From positions 1-64,000 of the forward strand of contig NW_026859351.1 in assembly GCF_026571515.1 (NCBI RefSeq): a stretch of 64,000 nucleotides of DNA, in the 5' to 3' direction. This stretch comes from Ruditapes philippinarum (taxonomy: Eukaryota). Shown here in pieces: positions 40,701 to 53,670 of the stretch. The notes beneath the pieces were generated by a model, which had not been told where the DNA came from, did not search any database, and was given only the letters and a program-made list of their open reading frames with translations. Positions within the stretch are counted from its first letter, which is position 1. Each line of letters starts with the position of its first letter. Position numbers and translations under genes: made by a program.

Positions 40701-43700
40701 ATCAATGACCCCCTGGGGCGGGGCCAATTTTGACCCTAGGGCTTTTATTTGAACAAACTTGGTAGACATCCATTAGAACATGTTTCATGCCCAATATCTA
40801 AGCTCTAGCTCTTTGGGTATTTTAGAAGAAGATTTTTTAAGTTTTTACTATATGCATATAGGGAAAATCATTGACCCCCTGGGGCGGGGCCAATTTTGAC
40901 CCCAGGGCTTTTATTTGAACAAACTTGGTAAACACCCAATAGAAGATGTTTCATGCTAAATATCTTAGCTCTAGCTCTTTAGGTTCTTTAAAAGAAGATT
41001 TTTTAAATTTTTACTATATGCAAATAGGGAAAATCATTGACCCCCCGGCCGGGGCCAATTTTGACCCTAGGGATTTTATTTGAACAAACTTGATAGACAC
41101 TCACTAGAAGATGTTTCATGCCAAATATCTAAGCTCTACCTCTTTGGGTTTTTTAAAAGAAGATATTTTAAGTTTTTTTCTATCGGTTGCCATGGCAACC
41201 AGAGTTCTGCATGGAATCAAATTCTTTGAACAATTTTTAAAGTTGACCACCAAAGGAACATTCCTGTGAAGTTTGGATGAAATTGGCTTAGTGGTTTATG
41301 AGGAGATGTCATTTAAAGTAAAAGTTTACGGACGGATGGACGGACGGCCGCCGGACAAAAAGCGATCACAAAAGCTCACCCTGTCACTTTGTGACAGGTG
41401 AGCTTAAAATACTGGTATTACAATTAAGTTTAGGACATGAAAAGAAAGGGCACCGCACAAACACAATACAGGTCATATTGTGACTTTCCAACTTTACTTG
41501 TGGTGGACAACCTCAGGTGATCCTCTGTGCATTATTTCTGGCATGAGTTGGCACCCCGGTAGAACCACTGACATTCTGTTAGCTAGCTTGATAGATGGCT
41601 TCCTCACAGGAAAGAATCCAAAGTGCCTTGCAGGTTCAAACCCACCAGAGGTGAGGCACAAGTTGTTTGAAGTCAATGATCTAATAACCTGGCTACAGAC
41701 GCCCCAGAAGGCAGTTAAACTATGTATACAGTTGACAATACAGTTTTATCTCATGGAAATTTGAACTTACAGGTAGCCTTACATTTGTCTTAAAGGCACA
41801 TTATGCCCCAGAAATCCATATTTATTAAATTCTTTAGAAATGTAAAACACTGTTTAATAATGTTTTAACCCATTACTTCATATACACGCCTTTTAACGCC
41901 TTTTTCACACCCCCCCCCTTTTTGTTGTCTCAAATGATGAAAAAATGCCTTATTTAGGCCCCAAACACTTGTTTTTGTTTGAGAAATGTTGTTAAAAAAT
42001 TTTGGACTTGTGAGAGGCTGTAAATGACCCCAGATTGATCATAAGGTAACGTAAAACCAACGCTGAAAAGCATTTGACTCTATCTCAATCCATTGAGAAG
42101 TTGCAGCACTTTGAAATCAATTTTGATGGAAAAAATCAACGCAAAATAGTGATTTTTGGCAATTTTGAGATGTCCCCTCGTTGCCATGGTAACAGAAAAT
42201 TTAAGCCTGAGCATGTTGTTGCAAGGGCAATGGTCCAGTCAACATTTGTGCCAAGTTTGATTAGTGTTGAAGCAGTTTTTATAGTATTATAGCAATTTGA
42301 ACTTGTAACAGGAGACTTTTCAATGAAAACAGCCATTTTTCACAAAATGCTTATGAAGTAATGGGTTAATAATGGATTTAGAACATGTACATAATTTAAC
42401 AGCTGAAGAAAGTAGTGCTGAATGTGCGGTAATGTGTTGTAAAGGTAGCAAATGTAAACAAATAGTATTTTAACTTCCATACAAAATACTAATTCATTAT
42501 AATTATACCAATTGCTAGCAAGGCAAAAGATGCAAAGATAGTTCATTTATAAGGCAAATAAGTATTTTTTGTGGAACTTGTAACAAGACACCAAATATTT
42601 AAAGTCTTTGAGAAATAAAAATGATAGCATTTCTGAGGCATAATGTGCCTTTTATGGTTTCTTACTGTGTATAGAATACAAATTTTTGAAAAGTAAATGC
42701 ATTTCATCACCTTGATGACATTCAATTCAATATTATTCACTAAAGGAAAAACAGACATGCCTAATTATGCAGGTAAAGAAAATTTGGCAAGCTCTATTTA
42801 CTGATATAGTTAAAAATTGGCACTTAATTACCAAAATATTTGCGAAGATTCAAAGTAAAGTTACTGACCCATAGTAGTCAGATACATTTTTAACTTCATT
42901 AACCAGTGAACAAAAAACAACAAGCCACATAAATTATCTTACTTAGGATCTCCATGTTCAGCTTTCACATGTGACCATTTTGACTCGACCTCTGTTGTAA
43001 GACCACTAGCTGACTCATGCTCCACTGTTATCTCAAACCCACCAAGATCTGTAATATATATTGTAAATAGATAAAATACAATTTGTTAACTGCACATATC
43101 ATTTCAAATCTTACAGACACTACAAAGATAATAAATAACAAGAGGGCCATGATGGCCCTAAAATCGCTCACCTGTATATAGGCCCCCGGAGCGGGGCCAG
43201 TTTAAACCCCAGGGCTTTTATTTGAACAAACTTGGTAGACACCCATTAGAAGATGTTTCATGCTAAACATCTAAGGTCTAGCTTGTTGGGTTTTTTAAAA
43301 GAAGATTTTTTCAAGTTTTTTTCTTTACACATATAGTTAAAAACAATGACACACCTGGGGCAGGGCCAGTTTTGACCCAAGGGCTTTTATTTGAACAATC
43401 TTTGTAGACACTTACTAGACAATGTGTCATGCTTAATATCTGAACTCTAACTATTCAGGTTTTTTCAAAGAAGATTTTTAAATTTTTGCTATACACATAT
43501 AAGGAAAATCAATGTCCCCTGGGACGGGGCCAATTTTGACCCCAGGGCTTTTATTTGAACAAACTTTGTAGACACTCACTAGAAGATCCTTCGTGCTTAA
43601 TATCTAAACTCTAGCTATTTGAGTTTTTTCAAAGAAGATTTTGTAAGTTTTTGTCATACACATATAAGGAAAATGAATGACCCCTGGGGCGGGGCCAATT

Positions 43701-46700
43701 TTGACCCCAGGGCTTTTATTTGAACAAACTTTGTAGACACTCACTAGAAGATGTTTCATGCTTAGTATCTAAACTCTAGCCATTTGTTTTTTTTTTTTTA
43801 AAAATCTTTTAAGTTTTTGTTATAAACAAATAAGGAAAATGAATGACCCCTGGGGCGGGGCCAATTTTGACACCAGGGCTTTTATTTGAACGAACTTCGT
43901 AGACATCCATTAGAACATGTTTCATGCTAAATATCTTAGCTCTAACTCTTTGCATTCTTTAAAAGAATTTTTTTAAAGTTTTTACTATATGCATATAGGG
44001 AAAATCAATGACCCCCTGGGGCGGGGCCAATTTTGACCCCAGGGCTTTTATTTGAATAAACTTGGTAGACACCCATTAGAAGATGTTTCATGCTAAATAT
44101 CTTAGCTCTAGCTCTTTGGGTTCTTTAAAAGAAGACTTTTTAAGTTTTTACTATATGCATGTAGTGAAAATCAATGACCCCCTGGGGCGGGACAAATTTT
44201 GACCCCAGGGCTTTTATTTGAACAAACTTGGTAGACACTCACTAGAAGATGTTTCATGCCAAATATCTAAGCTCTAGCTCTTTGGGTTTTTTAGAAGAAG
44301 ATATTTAAAGTTTTTTCTTTTGGTTGCCATGGCAACCAGAGTTCTGCATGGAATGGAATTCTTTGAACAACTTTGTTAAGGCTTCACACAAGGAACATCC
44401 CTGTGAAGTTTCATTATGATCTGCTTTATGGTTTCAGAGGAGCAGTCGTTTTAAAAGTGTGAACGGACAACGGACGACGGAAGAAGAGTGATCCTAATAG
44501 CTCACCCTGAGCATATGCTCAGGTGAGCTAAAAATACAAAAATGATTGAAAAACCAAACTAAATCACAAATGGGGCAATTATTTCATCTTCTTTAATAAA
44601 GTTAAATTTAACAATCAGAAAGTAATTTTTTTTCCATAAAGAGCAAAGGTTACATGTTTATTGCATGGAAACCTTTTTCAAAGCAAATTAACTACTGGTA
44701 CATCACTTTTTTTCAGGCATTGAATGGACATGATTGCTGCAAATGAGATATACAAATAAAATACATTTTGATTTATACATCTATCATATATATCAAATAT
44801 ACAATATCATATATACAAAATAGTTTTCCAATTTTATTTAAATGTCTAGAAAAATACTCTACATATGACATACCATTTAAGTTAAGAAGTTGTTCAGCAT
44901 TATTGACTTCATCAATCTCGTCAAGCTCGGGGAAGTGTATTTCAGATGGTTCCTCCTTAATCCTGAAACAAGATTTTCTATCTATTCAACTTGTAAAAAA
45001 AAAAATCAATATGAACATAGTAGTTATGAATAATTATATAAACACAAAACTGTCAACTGATACAACTTTTCACCATTGCCTACATCAAAACTTGCATAAT
45101 GTAACAGGATAAGTAACTGGAAATTACAAGTAGCCCAATGTTATCTTTCTTTTGAATAAGACACATGCCTTAGGATTCTGACCCATACAGGTAAGATAAA
45201 TGTTTAAAAACCAACTTTTGTCAATTGATGTCAATTCATGAAATTTTACACTTCAGGGTGACAGACATAGTATGTTGTTTTTCTTGAAAACTTTTAACAT
45301 TCATCTGTTTACAGTACAACTTGCCCTTACTCATAAATTAGTATATATGTATTAAAAGATTACCTGATAACTGAGAGAGTATCTGGAGGTTTTTGTTGTA
45401 ACATGGGTTCCTTCAGCTTCTCATACTCCTCATCAAGTTGCTGACATTGTTCCTCCATATTCTTGTGGTAGTTTATCACACGCTTGTGATAAAAATCATG
45501 CAGACACGTAACACTGCCAACTTTCATTTCTTGGAACACCTGTTCTACTATATCCTGAAATTCAATATGAAAATGAGAAAACCTTCTATGATTCCATTGG
45601 AAAAATGTTTGATATTGACATTTTGGAATCGAAAATTGAAAATTATGCTAGATAGAGTAAAATATGGGTTTGATTTGGATATTCGATAATTTGGAATTGT
45701 AAAATGAAGGTATCAAAATATTAAAAACTAATGACTTATTACCCAGTACTTTTATTCAACTTGATGTATACATTTTCTTGTTATGAAATTTGGACACAAC
45801 AAGAATTTAAAATCCATACAAACAGGTGCAAAATCTTAAGAAAATACTTTTTTGTAATACAGAATGGCTGTTTAATAGTGTTCTGTGAATTTACTTTATT
45901 TTCATGAGCATGAAATGTTTTGGTTTTGACACAAAGGACATTATTGTGGGTTCTTAAACTTGTTGATTGTCTATTTGTGCAAAAAAGAAGAATGCAAAAA
46001 CTGCAATGCAAAATCTTAAGGTATTACAACCCTAACGGGCACTATAAGGAACTGAAAAAATTATATCATAGGTCAGATATATACCTTAAAGTACACCTCT
46101 ATGCAAAATTTAAACAAACTTTACCGTACGGAAATAGAGTTATGGCCACTTTTATGAACTGAAGCTAGGGTGTATGAGGACCCTTTTTCAGAAATGAGTA
46201 ACCTTTAAATCTGCAATAACATTCTAATGAAAAACGTTTTCCCATTAATTTTTGGTAAGAAACAAATAGTACTATTCAGCTAACAATCAACATAAACAAA
46301 ATTATGGTTTCTACTCAAAATTTATAAAATACATGTATGTATAAAAATGTTACTCTACCCCACCCATTTTTTACACGTGTTTGACCATTTTCCTACTTAG
46401 GGAGCCTAATTAAAAAAATCCTTAAAATTTACAGGAATGAGTGGCCTGTTTTCAAAGTTTCCCTAAATTTTTAAAAAAGTATATTGGTTGATCTTGTAAA
46501 ATATTAAATACTTTTACCATCTAGTTTTGATTTTATTACACTTTGAAAATATCAGGTACCATATTTATTACTAGATTTAGCATTATTTAGCCAATAAATA
46601 CCTTTATAAATTAAATAATAAAATAAACACTTTTTTCTACCCAAAATGGATGGAGAGATACATAAATGATGTTAAAAGAAAAAAAAACAGTTGACCCATC

Positions 46701-49700
46701 TGAGGTTTGAACCCATAGCCTTCAGTTTCAATGTAGTTAACAGTAGTTCTAGCCTATTTGAATACTCTTCAAAGCAGAGGTAAGGCATTAGGATGGTAAT
46801 ACCTTAAATACATGGATTGTGACCCATTCACTAAAACTACGAAAATAAGTGCCAATCAAATAGTAATTTGCAGCTTATCACTGTATTTAAATTGATATTA
46901 AACAATTAAACATTCCTGACTATAATCAGCCAAATCTTACAGGGAAACCTGTTGATTCATGACCAGCCAGGTTGTCTGCTGCTGCACGAAGATGTCTGGT
47001 AAACTGTGTGAAATATTCTCCTGTAAAGTCGGTCATTGTTTCTAGTATAGATTCTGCACAACCTGCAACATAATGTTACTGTACTTACTAGCTGACATAA
47101 GCAACTTAACCTTACACATATGTGTTTTAGATTCATTGTGGAAAGCATTCAGCTTGTCTGAGACCACCCTCCCAAGTCTGGTTCTTGGAAATTTTTTTCT
47201 TTTTGGTTGGTTTTTATGTTGCACCGACATACAGTATAGGTCACATTGTAACTGTCTTAATTTACTGTTGAAGGAGACCTTAAGGTTCCCCTACGTGCAT
47301 TATTTCAGGCACAAACAGGCACCTGAGTAGAACCAGATAGCTTCCTCACATGAAAGAAACCAAAGTCTTTGTCGGGATACGAGCATACAGCCGTACTTGG
47401 AACTAATAAAATTTACTATTGTCCTATAAGAAATTAAGAATGCATGGGTGTGACACATGTAGGGGCAAAACAATAATCCCATGGTTAAAATTTTGATACT
47501 TTAACATAAGGCCAAATCTGCCTCTATAGACTAAATTAACAAGTTGGAGAAGTTTTCATTGATTAATAGCTTTTTGTGGATAGAAATGTAGTTGTTCATT
47601 ATTTGGCAATGCTTTAAAACATTTGAACAACATCTCTTGGTGCCTTTACTTCACAAGTCAAACATAACGGGTGCCTTTAATTCATTTGTCTGGCATAACA
47701 AAAGTCTTAATTTCATAAGTCAAACATAAGTATTCAGTCTTAAGCACTTCAAGTGTGAACCTTTATATTATGGATGAAATGAATTCATTTTTTTGTAAAT
47801 GTAATGAAAATAAGGACATTCAGTACATTACTATATAGATGTATAAAGCATACTGTCAAATCCGGCATGAGCCAGGATTGCAGCAACAGATCTCCGTAGT
47901 AAATGCCGGCAAGCTACATCATCTATCTGAGGTAATGGCTCACTCTTTCCAAGAACAAAGTCACTATAAATAGAAAAACCCTCCTTAACTATGTTATATA
48001 CATAGAAGTCTAAAAACAGAAAATGAAAATTTCACATAACATATTGTTGAAGAATATATTTCTTCAGTACATTTATAATGAATATTCAATGCAATTTTGC
48101 TAACTGAATATACAAAAACATAGTGAGAGATATAATTACAGATAAATGCTTAACAGAATTTTGGGTGTTCTTTTGCATAATTGTAACTGCTTCAAAAGTT
48201 ATGTATGTACATGTCACAGTTCAAACAGTGTGGAAAACAACACATAGGCATCAATATATACAGTAGGCGTATATCTCCATTTAGGAGGATAATCAATTAA
48301 TTCTCTGTTATTTTCTTAAAACAAAATCTCATAAATTGCTTTTGGGCAAAAATATATCATTTTACTTTATACCAGACAGATAATTCACATGCAAAACAGT
48401 GTATTTTATCATTGTGAACACTTTTCAACAAATTTCTTCAAAAGCTTTGGAGTAATCTAGACAAATGATGGCAAATTAAAAGACATAAAAAGGCATAACT
48501 CTGGAAATATTAATGAACCCAATCATGCTGCTAATATGCACAGCTCTTCTTGGTAAAGAAGTTTCCATTAAAGTTTCATTGAATTCCTGTTAGTTATTGC
48601 TGAGAAATAGTATGCTTCAAAAGCATTAAAGGGGCATAACTTTGTTGGAAACCATTTTACAGGATAATGTAACACCTGTTGGCTTACAATGAAGTTTCAA
48701 AGAAATTCAAATTAGTTGCTGCTGATAAATACTCCAGACAAATTTCAAGACTGGCAGACAGAGGTATGGACAAAGCCATGACTGTACACATCCCTCATTG
48801 GGAAATAAAATAAACCAGTCCATACTAAATATTGACTTTGTTCAGTAATGCATGTCTTTTTCAATGCTACATGTTTACCCTGTGTAATAGTTCATTTGTA
48901 AAATCAGTAACTAGTCAATAATATAATTTAGATGTAAAATAAGTCTTTTAGAAAAAGGAAAAGAAAAAAATTTCATTTAATTTACCTTTCCATATCTTTG
49001 TTCATAAAAGGAACTGGATGTAGCAGTTTTTGTTTCACTGCTGGTGGACCTGAGTACTCTGGTATAGGTGGTGCATCTGGATATGTTGTGTCAAAGTCTA
49101 TTATTTTCTGTATATATTGATAAATAATGCAATATTTCATATAAATTATGGCCGGTACAATTGTCTAAATTTACTGGATAATACTTTTGTGAATACAGGA
49201 CACTATGAACAATCATTTTGGTTTGACCTCTAATCATGACCTTGACCAGTAAACTAAAGACCTGGTTCAGGCAGGAGACATTCATCTAATGGTTGCAAAC
49301 ATTTGCATCCAGTAATATGCTAAAATCCAACTACATCTGTATACATTGTATATATGTAAAAGACAAAATCAGGACATCACATCATCTTTGGTGACCCTGA
49401 TGTTGCATACATTGATTATGCTGGCAAGACTCAGCCTCATGCTGGTGAATACTTTTTGTATATCACTAAATTCAAGACTTTTAAAATGTCCCTATATGCA
49501 TATCTATATCTTTTATCTGTTGACTTATAGATGTGATTTTAAACCTTGCTGCAGGCACCTGAATTTTGTGCATTATATACTGCACTGGAGAACAAAAGTG
49601 CCGAGTTATTTTAAAATCTCCGAATGTATGTAGAACTTTTGCTCTTGAAACACCCTTTTCATTTGACCTCTAGTTGTGACCTTGACCTTTGACTGTATCA

Positions 49701-52234
49701 TGCTTGCATTCTGCCATCCAGTCTTTTTTCAGTAGTGGTTGAGGTAGTGGTGGTGGAGGTGTTGGTAGTAGTGGTTTTATGAAAAACTCTGACACAATTA
49801 ATTTTAAGCACAAAAAAACTCCCTAGGTTATCTACAGTAAAACCTGGCAAAAACAATATGATTTTGTTGATTTACAAATGAAGAAAAACTACATGTATAC
49901 TCACATCTTGCTGTAGCTGTTGTTGATGTTGTAAAAGATTATTTTTGAGAGAACGTAACCTTCTTGCATGTTGTAATAATTGTATAGTATGTAGAACAAT
50001 GGGGTCTATCTGAAACTTCTCTGCAGGCAATGGTCTGAAATATTTAATTAATGGACCTACATGTATAGGAACAAATAACAAGAGCTGTCGGTAGGACAGC
50101 ACGCTCGACTATTCAAAGTGCTTGTTGGTAAAAGAGCCTTGATAATGTTAAATTTTTTAAGTTCACAAAAGGGCTAATTTTTTTTTATAAATTCATGTTA
50201 TAGGCCTTAGAGAGAGTCTAATTATACAGTATTGACTTGACTATTCCGAAGGTAATGTCACAAGGATGTTTTATTGAGTATAATAATACTAATTACCTAT
50301 GAATACATAAATTTCACAGAAAATGTACAAAGGCTTGTTATCAAGATGTTTTATTAAGTAAATCACTGTTTTGTTATTTATATGAATGCATAAAATTGTC
50401 CCAAAAAGGCACAAACCCTTCAGTAGTTATTGAGATAACAGCTTAAAAGCAAAACTTTACCATGCATTTCTAAGTTGAAAAAGGGGAGAAAAATCAGCCT
50501 AAATGCAAGATAGAATTATGGATCTTTGTCAGTGACCTACAATTATGACCCTAAAATGCATATGTGAAGTTTTAAATAAATATCTTTAATAGTTATTGAG
50601 ATATGTAAAACTTGCATGTAAACATTAACCAAGAGACTAAGTAGAAAAGGGGATATGAATCAGCCTTAATGCAAGATAGAGTTATGGAACTTAGTCAGTG
50701 ACATACAATTATGACCCTCCAATTATGACCCAAAGTGCATGTGTAAAGTTTCAAGTAAATATCTTTGAAGACCTTTAACCTTTAACCAAAATTTCTAAGT
50801 TTCAAAGGGGCAAATGATTCTGCAAATATTGCAGGCAGAGTTATGCAATTTTGCAAACTGATGTACATTGTTACTATAAAAAAAAGTATTTTAAATTTCA
50901 ATTCAATATCTCAAGCAATAATTGACTCTGATATTTGACTTTACAAAAAAACTTTAACCAAAATTTCTAAGTTCCAAAGAGGCAAATAATTCTGTCAATA
51001 TTGTAGGCAGAGTTATCGAACTTGTCAATCTGATGTACCTTGTTACTAAAAATAAGTATTGTAAGTTTCAATTGAATATCTCAAGCAATAATTGAGATAT
51101 TTGACTTTACAAAAAACTTTAACCAAAATTTCTAAATTAAAAAGGGGCATAATTCTGTCAATATTGTAGGCAGAGTTATCCAACTTGTCAATCTGATGTA
51201 CCTTGTTACTAAAAATAAGTATTGTAAGTTTCAATTGAATATCTCAAGTAATAATTGAGATATTTGACTTTACAAAAAACTTTAACCAACGCAGACGCGG
51301 ACGCCGGGGTGACTACAATAGCTCTCATATTCTTCGAATAGTCGACTTATTACACAATTTACAGGATACAAACATTTGCACCCAGTCTAGCATGCACCAA
51401 TAAATATTTGCCGCCATGTTTGACATTAACCCCTTAATAGAAATGTTATGTACATGTACTAGAAAGAAACACATTCAATGTTTCTCCACATCAAAGTACA
51501 TGTACACTTTAAGTCAAAATATTTTAATTAGATAATAATAATTAATTGAAATTGTTTATGTCTCTATCATTTAAATTAAAGCAAATACATTAAAATAATA
51601 ATAAATGTTAAAGAAGTAACTATAGTATTTGTATTCAAATACATGTACCTCATACTTTCTTTTATAAAAAACTTTATTGAAAATGTTTAATATATAAATG
51701 TATTGTTCGAGACTAAAGACATATAGGAATTGTTAATATACACTAATATTTGGCAATTGTTAATAATTGTTAAATAAAACAAACTACATGACTGCATAAC
51801 CTTTAGATTCTATAATTGAAATAACATTTAATTATTACAGGTATGAGAATTGCTTTCATATTTCTAATAAAAGGTTCATCATGCTTTGTCTTTTTTCTAT
51901 CCTTTTAAGAGTTTCAAGCTCAACAACAGTGATAGATTTTGAGACATTATAATGCCCTGGCATGATGTTCCTTATATTAGAAATATAACAGATAAAATAT
52001 TCAGTAATACATTAAGTGGAATCATTAAAAGTGCATGCATTGTGTAAATATATCATCTTGATATAAACAAGCTCTTTACTCATTTGTAGGTGGGTAATGT
52101 CTGCTTGATGGCTGATGAAGTCTTGGTCCCTCTAATTCCATCGGTCTAAGTTTTGTCATCTGCTCTCTTTCAATAGCTGCTGTTGCTGGGTCGCTCTCTT
52201 GAACTATAGGAATTTCGCCCCAGTGACTTGTCAT
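37745..52234 (-). CDS. SUPT7L: STAGA/SAGA subunit SPT7-like (STAF65-gamma), 396 aa
   Basis: Exons 52234-52080, 50034-49905, 49107-48986, 47963-47854, 47062-46941, 45554-45364, 44962-44874, 43048-42943 and 37910-37745 are all GT-AG and in phase (1191 nt). Motifs HWGEIP, LHQPS, HTIQLLQHARRLR, AILAHAGFD, ESILETMTD, EQVFQE and IKEEP match SUPT7L as recalled. Confidence 0.95.
37951..38775 (-). mobile_element. Truncated HINE/Pearl-type element with ~5 monomers of 166 bp
   Basis: Terminal hairpin AACAAGAGGGCCATGATGGCCC; monomers marked by CTTTTATTTGAAC. Confidence 0.85.
38897..41409 (-). mobile_element. HINE/Pearl-type element with ~14 satellite monomers of 166 bp (Cg170/BIV160-like size)
   Basis: Same terminal hairpin at one end; (GGAC)n and AGCTCACC..GGTGAGCT at the other end. 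Confidence 0.92.
41467..41706 (-). mobile_element. tRNA-derived SINE
   Basis: A/B-box-like head on the minus strand and GTGAGGAAGCCATC..GTGGTTCTACC core, shared with the copies at ~47200 and ~63330. Confidence 0.7.
41794..42650. mobile_element. Kolobok-like non-autonomous element
   Basis: TTAA|AGGCACATTATGCCCCAGAAAT ... ATTTCTGAGGCATAATGTGCCT. Same family as the ends at 33393 and in the BTB units. Confidence 0.8.
43137..44534 (-). mobile_element. HINE/Pearl-type element with ~7 monomers of 166 bp
   Basis: Same termini and monomer as 38897-41409. Confidence 0.92.
46020..46803. mobile_element. TTAA-flanked Kolobok-like element
   Basis: TTAA|GGTATTACAACCCTAA ... TTAGGATGGTAATACC|TTAA. Confidence 0.8.
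47200..47395 (-). mobile_element. Degenerate SINE copy
   Basis: GTGCATTATTTCAGGCA..GTAGAACC..GCTTCCTCACA matches 41467-41706. Confidence 0.6.
50077..51350 (-). mobile_element. Second HINE-type family with ~160-bp internal repeats
   Basis: AACAAGAGCTGTCGGTAGGACAGC hairpin end; TCGACTATTC/GAATAGTCGA subterminal inverted repeat; (GACGC) microsatellite; tandem units at 50780-51290. Confidence 0.8.
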
Positions 52235-52344
52235 CTTTAAACAAACCTTAAGAAAAAAATGTCATACATGTTGCCATTTTTGTATTGTTTTTTTTTTTTC
52301 TAAAGGTGGTAAATTAACATTTAGGAAAGTATCCCATATATAAA

Positions 52345-52800
52345 CCACTCACAGTGGTGAGCCTTCTCACTTCCCCTTGGAGCGTGCTCGTCATTGAGAA
52401 AGCACAGGGCATTGGCAGAAGATTTGAAAACTTGGGATAGCACAAAAGGATCAGAACCTGTACTGCGGATCAGCTGCCAGTGTCCTGACTAATGCAGATG
52501 GGAGCTCTACAAAGTAGACAGAGACTACAAGATGGTGAGCTCCTAGCACAGATAGATAGCCTTTTGCACCAACAGCCCTTATTAGTGCTACCCTTTCATT
52601 ATTGTCTCAGGTTACTGTGTATCTAGTTTCTCATTGACTGCCGTACAGTGACCTACTTTTGGCTCAAATTCATATCTTTGGCTAACACTCCAAATTGGAC
52701 ATTGCATGGAGGTAAATCATTTCCACTTTGTGCTTCAAAATGAACTCTTTAAGAGCATGCCTGGAAACATGTCTGGTGTCTGTACACACCAACGAAAGCT
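52345..52800. other. GC-elevated, hairpin-rich block in the SUPT7L 5' leader/first intron (candidate structured RNA)
   Basis: Several adjacent stems, including a 14-bp stem at 52405-18/52474-87. Minus-strand donors at 52352 (gtgagt) and 52816 (gtaaga). Confidence 0.35.
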
Positions 52801-53006
52801 GCTTTTTGTGTCTTACCGGGTGATTGGAACTTCATTAAGCATAGAATACATTCATACATTCGGTGGTGAACTCTATCTAAAATATGCAACCCGCTGAAAT
52901 AAGTACGGAAACAAATCAGGCACATTTTAGCTATATGTCAGATATAGCAGCAATCATTTCTTAATGTTGTGTTAGAATCAGAATAATATATCTAAATCGT
53001 TGATTT

Positions 53007-53125
53007 TATCGCTCTATAAAATCACTGTTTGGAGTTCGGATGTGAGGAATTATATCATGAGGGCGTAGCCCGAGTGATTTAATGATGCGCATCCAAACGA
53101 CAAACAGTGAATTTATCAAGCGATA
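53007..53125. repeat. Imperfect palindrome/foldback with central GGGC-GTA-GCCC hairpin
   Basis: TATCGCT/AGCGATA and TCACTGTTTG/CAAACAGTGA arms. Confidence 0.7.
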
Positions 53126-53670
53126 CAATTATGCAAAACACCATGAACCCAATTTATAACACACATTTAAATGTTTTTCATTGTGTCAACTTGTCCAAGT
53201 TGATATATCGATATATTGTTGATATTTGTCTCTCGATATATCGATACAAAATTTACCATCATTCAAGACAGCTCTATGAATGTGGCTTAACTGCCGGTTC
53301 CATAGGATTTGCTACTTTCACATTGCATATCTTCTGAAACAATTGTAACATATTTTAGGTATATCACTATTTATTGTACTGTAATCCTTGATGTTACAAA
53401 ATGGTACATGTATATAAAATAACAATAATGACAACCTACATTTAGTACTTCAGCACCTATAATTTAAATGAGCGTCCATGTACCAAGACGATTTCTATAA
53501 GTTAAAATCGATATAAAAATGGTATTAACGTATCTTGTGCAAATCAAGTGCCGATTAAACAAATACAAATTTTGATGCTAAACTGAAAATTATCAAATTT
53601 CAATGTGTCTCTCTTAGATATTACTAAAAATAAAATAAAAACCTCAGTAATTTACTAAGATCTTCTAGGC

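Noticed and set aside
52345-52800. Telomerase RNA, RNase P/MRP or 7SK identity
   Set aside because: No TAACCC template and no intact P4 conserved regions. The paired GATC resembles 7SK only weakly, so no family call is made.
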